This document shows, one piece after another, positions 27,611-32,000 of a DNA stretch of 32,000 nucleotides. Position 1 is the first letter of the stretch; the number at the start of each line of letters is the position of its first letter. The notes beneath the pieces are model-generated. The model saw only the letters and a program-made list of their open reading frames with translations, did not search any database and was not told where the DNA came from. Made by a program: the position numbers and the translations under genes. This DNA comes from Candidatus Harpocratesius repetitus (lineage in GTDB: Archaea; Asgardarchaeota; Lokiarchaeia; Sigyniarchaeales; Promethearchaeaceae), in the NCBI GenBank assembly GCA_021498095.1, contig JAIZWK010000001.1, positions 1,470,001-1,502,000 on the forward strand, in the 5' to 3' direction.

Positions 27611-28494
27611 TGATAGAATATTTATTATTTCCCGGATGTTTCATTCAAAATCGAATCCCATTTATCGAAGCTTCAGCTAAATTTGTTTTTGAACAATTAG
27701 GAATTCAACAATCTGCTGGGAAATTTGGATGTTGTCCCAATCCTGTCGGATTAAGATTTGTGGATGAAAAAACTTGGGCGGCTCTTGGCGCAAGGAATAT
27801 TGTTGAAGCAGAAATGGAAGGAAAACCAATTATGTCTCTATGTAATGGTTGTTATCAATCATTATCTGTTGTTGATCATGATTTAAAACACAACAGTAAA
27901 CTCAAAGATGAAGTAAACGGTATTTTGGCAGAGATAGGAAAAGAATATCGTGGAACTGCAAGAATTGAGCATTTTGTGAGGGTTTTACATGATGAAGCCG
28001 GTTTAGAACTCATTAAAAGTAAAATTACTCGTCCATTAACCGGATTAAAAGTTGCACTTCACCCTGGTTGCCATTATGCTCGACCATCTCATATTTTACA
28101 CGGTGAAGATCCCTTCAATCTGACTTATCTTCGCGATTTAGTCGAAGCAACTGGTGCCACAGTGGTTGATTATCCACAAGAAAACTTATGTTGTGGTAAT
28201 GGAGTCCGAAACTCAGATCCATACACTGCTAATACAATGCTGAAAGCAAAAATTGATGGTGCACTTTCAGCAGGTGCAGATTGTTTTGCTGTTAATTGTC
28301 CTGCATGCTTCCAGCAAATGGATGCTGAACAGCGTAATCTGAAAGAATTAGCAGAAGAAGGTCAAGAATATAAATTTCCCACATTCTATATCACAGAATT
28401 ATTAGCAATGGCTATGGGAAAAAGTCCAAAAGAAATTGGTGTGAATTTTCACCGTAATAAAGGAAAAGAAGCATTAGGAAAGGTGGGATTATAA
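27610..28494 (+). CDS. hdrB: Heterodisulfide reductase subunit B
   Basis: Two CCG domains: FPGC...CCPNP...CNGC and HPGCH...CCG...CPAC. Confidence 0.92.
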   Translation: MIEYLLFPGCFIQNRIPFIEASAKFVFEQLGIQQSAGKFGCCPNPVGLRFVDEKTWAALGARNIVEAEMEGKPIMSLCNGCYQSLSVVDHDLKHNSKLKDEVNGILAEIGKEYRGTARIEHFVRVLHDEAGLELIKSKITRPLTGLKVALHPGCHYARPSHILHGEDPFNLTYLRDLVEATGATVVDYPQENLCCGNGVRNSDPYTANTMLKAKIDGALSAGADCFAVNCPACFQQMDAEQRNLKELAEEGQEYKFPTFYITELLAMAMGKSPKEIGVNFHRNKGKEALGKVGL

Positions 28495-29831
28495 TGAGTC
28501 CAGATAAAGTTTATGAAGTTGAACCGGTTACTCGGTTAGAAGGTCACGGCGGATTAAGATTAGTGATGTCTGAAGATGGAAAGAAAGTAAAAGATGTGCA
28601 ATTTAATATCACCAGCACCCGATTTTTCGAAAAACTCTGCGAAGGTCGTTTTGCTGAACATGTTCCCAGAATCACCAATCGAATTTGTGGAATTTGTCCT
28701 GTTCCTCACCATTTAGCTGCTACCAAATCAGTAGAAAAAGCATGGGATGTAGAAATTCCATCAGCTGCATATAAATTGCGACAGCTATTTATTAATGCCA
28801 AACAATATAGTTCACATCTGCTTCATTTTTATGCATTGGCTGCTCCAGATTTTCTCTATGGTCCATTTGCTCCAGCAGCAAAAAGAAATGTTGTTTCAAT
28901 AATTAGAGATATGCCTGAAGTTGGTGCAATGGCATTGAAAATGATGGATTTTGGACAAAACATTTGCACTGCAATTGGAGGAAAAGCTGTTGGTCCAATA
29001 GCTGGAATTGTTGGAGGTATGCGCAATCCTCTTTCATCTGATCTACGAGATGGATTTATTGCACAAATTCCAGAGCAATTGGAATATGTTAAAAAGACAG
29101 TAGAAATTGCTAAAAAGGTTGTTACTGATTATTGGGATGTAATTGCAAATTTAGCTGTTACTGAGACATATTATTGTGGTGTCGCAAAAAAGGTAAATGG
29201 TGAGCTTGTTCACGAGATTTATGATGGAGACTTGATTTTTGTTACCCCTGAAGGTGAGAAAAAGGTATATGATCCTCAGAATTATCTTGAAGTTATTGGA
29301 GAACATGTTCCTTCCCATTCATATGCGACTCATACCTATTATAAACCAGCCGGATATCCTGCAGGAATTTATCGAACGAATTCTTTAGCTATGATTAATG
29401 CATGTGATCGAATGGCAACACCTATAGCCGAAGATGCTCGAAAGGAAATGGTGAAAGCATGTTTAGGGGATGATGGAAAGGTGATCCACAACACATTCGC
29501 TTACCATTGGGCACGTATCGTGGAGACAGTCGAAGCTTTCGAGTTATGTGTTCAGTATCTGAAGGATCCAGAAATTTTAAGTACTGATATTAAAACTCTT
29601 GACGTGCAACCAAAAGCAGGTCGTGGAGTGGGGATGGTGGATGCACCACGTGGTAATTTAATTTATGACATGACTACGGATGCAGAAGGAATTTGTCGTA
29701 AGTTAAATATTCTTGTAGCCACCAATCACAACATTGCGGGTATTGAAAAGAGCGTGAAACACGCCGCCCAACAGATCTTTGAGCAAGATGTCTTATCTAA
29801 AATAAAATTACCCGATCCTTGGCTCAAATAA
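28494..29831 (+). CDS. mvhA: [NiFe(Se)]-hydrogenase large subunit lacking the C-terminal ligand motif (VhuA-type)
   Basis: TRLEGHG, L1 motif RICGICPVPH and DAPRG are present. The protein ends at LPDPWLK without DPCxxC; that motif is on the next small ORF. Confidence 0.92.
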   Translation: MSPDKVYEVEPVTRLEGHGGLRLVMSEDGKKVKDVQFNITSTRFFEKLCEGRFAEHVPRITNRICGICPVPHHLAATKSVEKAWDVEIPSAAYKLRQLFINAKQYSSHLLHFYALAAPDFLYGPFAPAAKRNVVSIIRDMPEVGAMALKMMDFGQNICTAIGGKAVGPIAGIVGGMRNPLSSDLRDGFIAQIPEQLEYVKKTVEIAKKVVTDYWDVIANLAVTETYYCGVAKKVNGELVHEIYDGDLIFVTPEGEKKVYDPQNYLEVIGEHVPSHSYATHTYYKPAGYPAGIYRTNSLAMINACDRMATPIAEDARKEMVKACLGDDGKVIHNTFAYHWARIVETVEAFELCVQYLKDPEILSTDIKTLDVQPKAGRGVGMVDAPRGNLIYDMTTDAEGICRKLNILVATNHNIAGIEKSVKHAAQQIFEQDVLSKIKLPDPWLK

Positions 29832-29864
29832 ATTCAGAATAAACTCATAAAATGAGGGAACATT

Positions 29865-30014
29865 ATGGTAGAAGTTACAGATAATATTCTCAATCTGCTC
29901 GAAATGGTAATTCGCTGCTATGATTGCTGACTTTCATGTGCAGCTCACATAACCATTGTCGATCCGGATGGCACTGAGCGTGTAATTCGGAAACTCGAAG
30001 TAGATTGCGGATAA
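29865..30014 (+). CDS. vhuU: VhuU-type hydrogenase C-terminal selenopeptide, 49 aa, Sec22
   Basis: MVEVTDNILNLLEMVIRCYDC-U-LSCAAH-ITIVDPDGTERVIRKLEVDCG-TAA; TGA at 29928-29930. Not in the ORF track. Confidence 0.92.
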
Positions 30015-30022
30015 TTGGTTAA

Positions 30023-30090
30023 TCGCCCTACTCAATGCATTTTTCTCACAAACATGGGAGAAAAAGAAGAGTCTTGTCCAAGATGGGCGA
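30023..30090 (+). promoter_or_regulatory. SECIS-like hairpin with variant core, 3' of vhuU
   Basis: ACTC-AAT-GC-A-TTTTTCTC-ACAAACATGG-GAGAAAAA-G-AA-GAGT (30030-30072), enclosed by a TCGCCC/GGGCGA stem. Confidence 0.65.
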
Positions 30091-30211
30091 AAAAAACAAA
30101 TTTCGGTTTAAAAACCTTTTTTTTCATCTTTTTAAATTATTCGTTTAGTGAAGTTAAGTATTTTGAAAGTAAAGCTAATATGTTTCCTTTCCTTAACACG
30201 AATGACGAATC

Positions 30212-30874
30212 GTGATCAATTCATCTCCTAATCAAACTTTAGAGCACTGGAAAAAGGTGCTTCGTATTATTACCAAAAAGATTTATATGCCATGTCAAAA
30301 ACATAATGTGGAATGGATAATCACTGGTTCTACAGCTTCAGCTCTTCAAAATTGTCCCTTAAAACCTGAAAACATTGATATTCTTGTTAAAAATCCTGAA
30401 TCTGTTAATTTTATTTCTGATCAATTGATTTGCTTTGAAATGAAAGAGAAATCATTTTTAGATTCCACTCAATGGTTATCTTCTTGCGAAAACAGAGTGT
30501 TTATATTTGATAACAAAGAACGAAATGAAATGTGGCATATGGGTCGATGGATTATTGAAGATATGAAAGTTGAAGTTGCTTATATTCAATCACAAACGAC
30601 ATTAGATGAATCTCGAGAAGAAGGTTATATCTGGGAAAATGGGCCTGATATGTATCCGTATGTAAAGAAGATAATGTTTTATGATTTTCAGCTTAATGTT
30701 GTGCCATTAGAAATTCAGTTATCTTCGCTATTCTTTCGTGGAATGGTGGCTCGTATTACTAAAATTGCAGTACACTTCCAACAATACGGCTATGATGAAA
30801 ATCTTTTAAAATTGGCATTAAAAACATCCCAAAAGGCTCAATTTGATTCTATTTTGGCAAATATTCGCACTTAA
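30212..30874 (+). CDS. Nucleotidyltransferase-fold protein (putative)
   Basis: WIITGSTASALQ...PENIDILV resembles the GS...DxD signature, with one Asp replaced by Asn. Confidence 0.6.
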   Translation: MINSSPNQTLEHWKKVLRIITKKIYMPCQKHNVEWIITGSTASALQNCPLKPENIDILVKNPESVNFISDQLICFEMKEKSFLDSTQWLSSCENRVFIFDNKERNEMWHMGRWIIEDMKVEVAYIQSQTTLDESREEGYIWENGPDMYPYVKKIMFYDFQLNVVPLEIQLSSLFFRGMVARITKIAVHFQQYGYDENLLKLALKTSQKAQFDSILANIRT

Positions 30875-31021
30875 AATAGAATATAAAGTTTTCATCATTT
30901 TCATTATTTTTATCTTTTTTAGACACTGTTCAAAAAGATATATGACTTCCAAATTAACTTATTAAATATAGAATATACTTTAGAATACTTAAGATCGCCT
31001 ATTTTTTCCCCATTTCCCTCT

Positions 31022-31999
31022 TTAACGGCATATAATGGCGCCACGATGCGGATAGCGCCGTATATGAAATCCCAATGTTGTCTTCATCGAAATTTCATGA
31101 GCAAAAAACAATGTTGTTCGCTTCTTAAGGGGAAATAACAAATCCAAATAGTTTCTGTTGTTTAAATTTCCCCCCAATTGCTCAAAAGGAGATTGATCAT
31201 TATGAATGCCTGTATATCGTGGTGTTGTATTATAATATAATCTGAAAAGTTCACACAACTGCGTAGTACCTTCAACTGTTTGGAATAATTTACTTAAATC
31301 AAGAAGAGGCCGAAAAATACCGAATATACGCTCAATCGTATTGCTGTTTTGGTAATTTGAGGCAAGATCATTTTTATTTTGTAAAGAAAAAATTTGAGGA
31401 TTATTTTTAATCATTTTGTGAAGTTGAGATGCATATACATATGGTGATTTTTCTAGTCGAATCATAAATTTTTGAAGATTAGATTTAAAGTTAATGGAAT
31501 GATCTTTTAATAGATGATAAAATTCTTTTCCAAGTCGGCAAGATTGGAGATATATATTTTTAAGTTTTTTAAGTGATTTCACAATGCAAGAAAGTTCTTT
31601 AGATTTCTCATCTCTCGTTTTTCGAGCCTTCTTAAGTGTTTTAATAGTATCTTTTAGAGATTCTACTCGCCTTTTGATTCGTTTTTCTAAAGCAATTAGT
31701 TTTTGATCCATAGTTTTGGTTCTTCCACTCTTTGAGTTTCGTTTAAATAATTTCAATTTTTGACGTTCTATACGATCTTTTGCCAATTTTCTTTCCCAAT
31801 CGGCTTTTTGAGAAACTAACTTAGTTATTTTTCCACGAAGTTTTTCCAGAACTTTGGATATTCCATCTCTTTTCTTTTTCTCCCGTTCACATGTGACCTT
31901 TATTTTCTTTATATGTCTCATTGATTCTCGATAAGCATGTACATGACAACCAAGATGTTGGGCATGATGGAAGATTTCTGGAATTACAGTTTTATAAGC
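31022..31999 (-). CDS. DDE transposase of a second IS type, C-terminal part (5' end outside window)
   Basis: Frame stays open past the track start to the window edge (AYKTVIPEIFHHAQHLGCHVHAYR, a CxxH motif as in IS256/ISH6-like enzymes). SNTIERIFG and YYNTTPR...SPFE near the C-terminus. Confidence 0.8.
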   Translation of the reverse strand, partial: AYKTVIPEIFHHAQHLGCHVHAYRESMRHIKKIKVTCEREKKKRDGISKVLEKLRGKITKLVSQKADWERKLAKDRIERQKLKLFKRNSKSGRTKTMDQKLIALEKRIKRRVESLKDTIKTLKKARKTRDEKSKELSCIVKSLKKLKNIYLQSCRLGKEFYHLLKDHSINFKSNLQKFMIRLEKSPYVYASQLHKMIKNNPQIFSLQNKNDLASNYQNSNTIERIFGIFRPLLDLSKLFQTVEGTTQLCELFRLYYNTTPRYTGIHNDQSPFEQLGGNLNNRNYLDLLFPLKKRTTLFFAHEISMKTTLGFHIRRYPHRGAIICR

Positions 32000-32000
32000 T

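Noticed and set aside
508-30014. UGA reassigned to Trp or Gly genome-wide as an explanation for the in-frame TGAs
   Set aside because: TGA ends ordinary genes at their expected C-termini (larE 375-377; also the hydrogenase at 9128-9130). The readthrough TGAs align with Cys columns and have SECIS hairpins, and the tRNA-Trp anticodon is CCA.
30015-30215. Track ORF 30015-30215
   Set aside because: It runs through the vhuU 3'-UTR hairpin and T-rich terminator-like tract; no motif.
30197-30215. CACG-AATGACGAAT-CGTG hairpin containing ATGA as an alternative vhuU SECIS
   Set aside because: Only 4 bp, with ATGA in the loop and no 8-bp helix; it overlaps the next gene's start.
1-32000. CRISPR array or rRNA gene
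   Set aside because: No regularly spaced direct repeats and no rRNA-like segment seen.

Overview
AT-rich archaeal window, most consistent with an Asgard (Lokiarchaeia-like) genome. That assignment is inferred from an archaeal EF-1alpha, longin-like proteins, a Rab-like GTPase remnant, TPR-longin paralogs and eukaryote-like 3'-UTR SECIS hairpins. The main result, missed or truncated by the ORF track, is three small UGA-readthrough (selenocysteine) genes, each followed by a hairpin of one shared design (AATG[A/C]-N, 8-bp helix, AYAAA). They are (1) a 72-aa Cys/His-rich GDCCVxC-like protein with four in-frame UGAs (4277-4495); (2) a 99-aa HesB-like protein with a G-U-C-G motif (508-807, minus); and (3) VhuU, the split C-terminal Ni-ligand peptide of a [NiFe]-hydrogenase (29865-30014). 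The window also holds a tRNA-Trp(CCA) with a D-loop insertion and a [FeFe]-hydrogenase with a [2Fe-2S] partner. It further contains an mvhG-hdrC-hdrB-mvhA-vhuU operon with an internally duplicated MvhG, ferritin, larE (partial), a hybrid histidine kinase and tuf. Mobile DNA comprises two related IS copies with 28-bp TIRs and 8-bp TSDs (one non-autonomous) and a partial second transposase, and there are several gene remnants. All family assignments come from motif recognition by eye; no searches were run.
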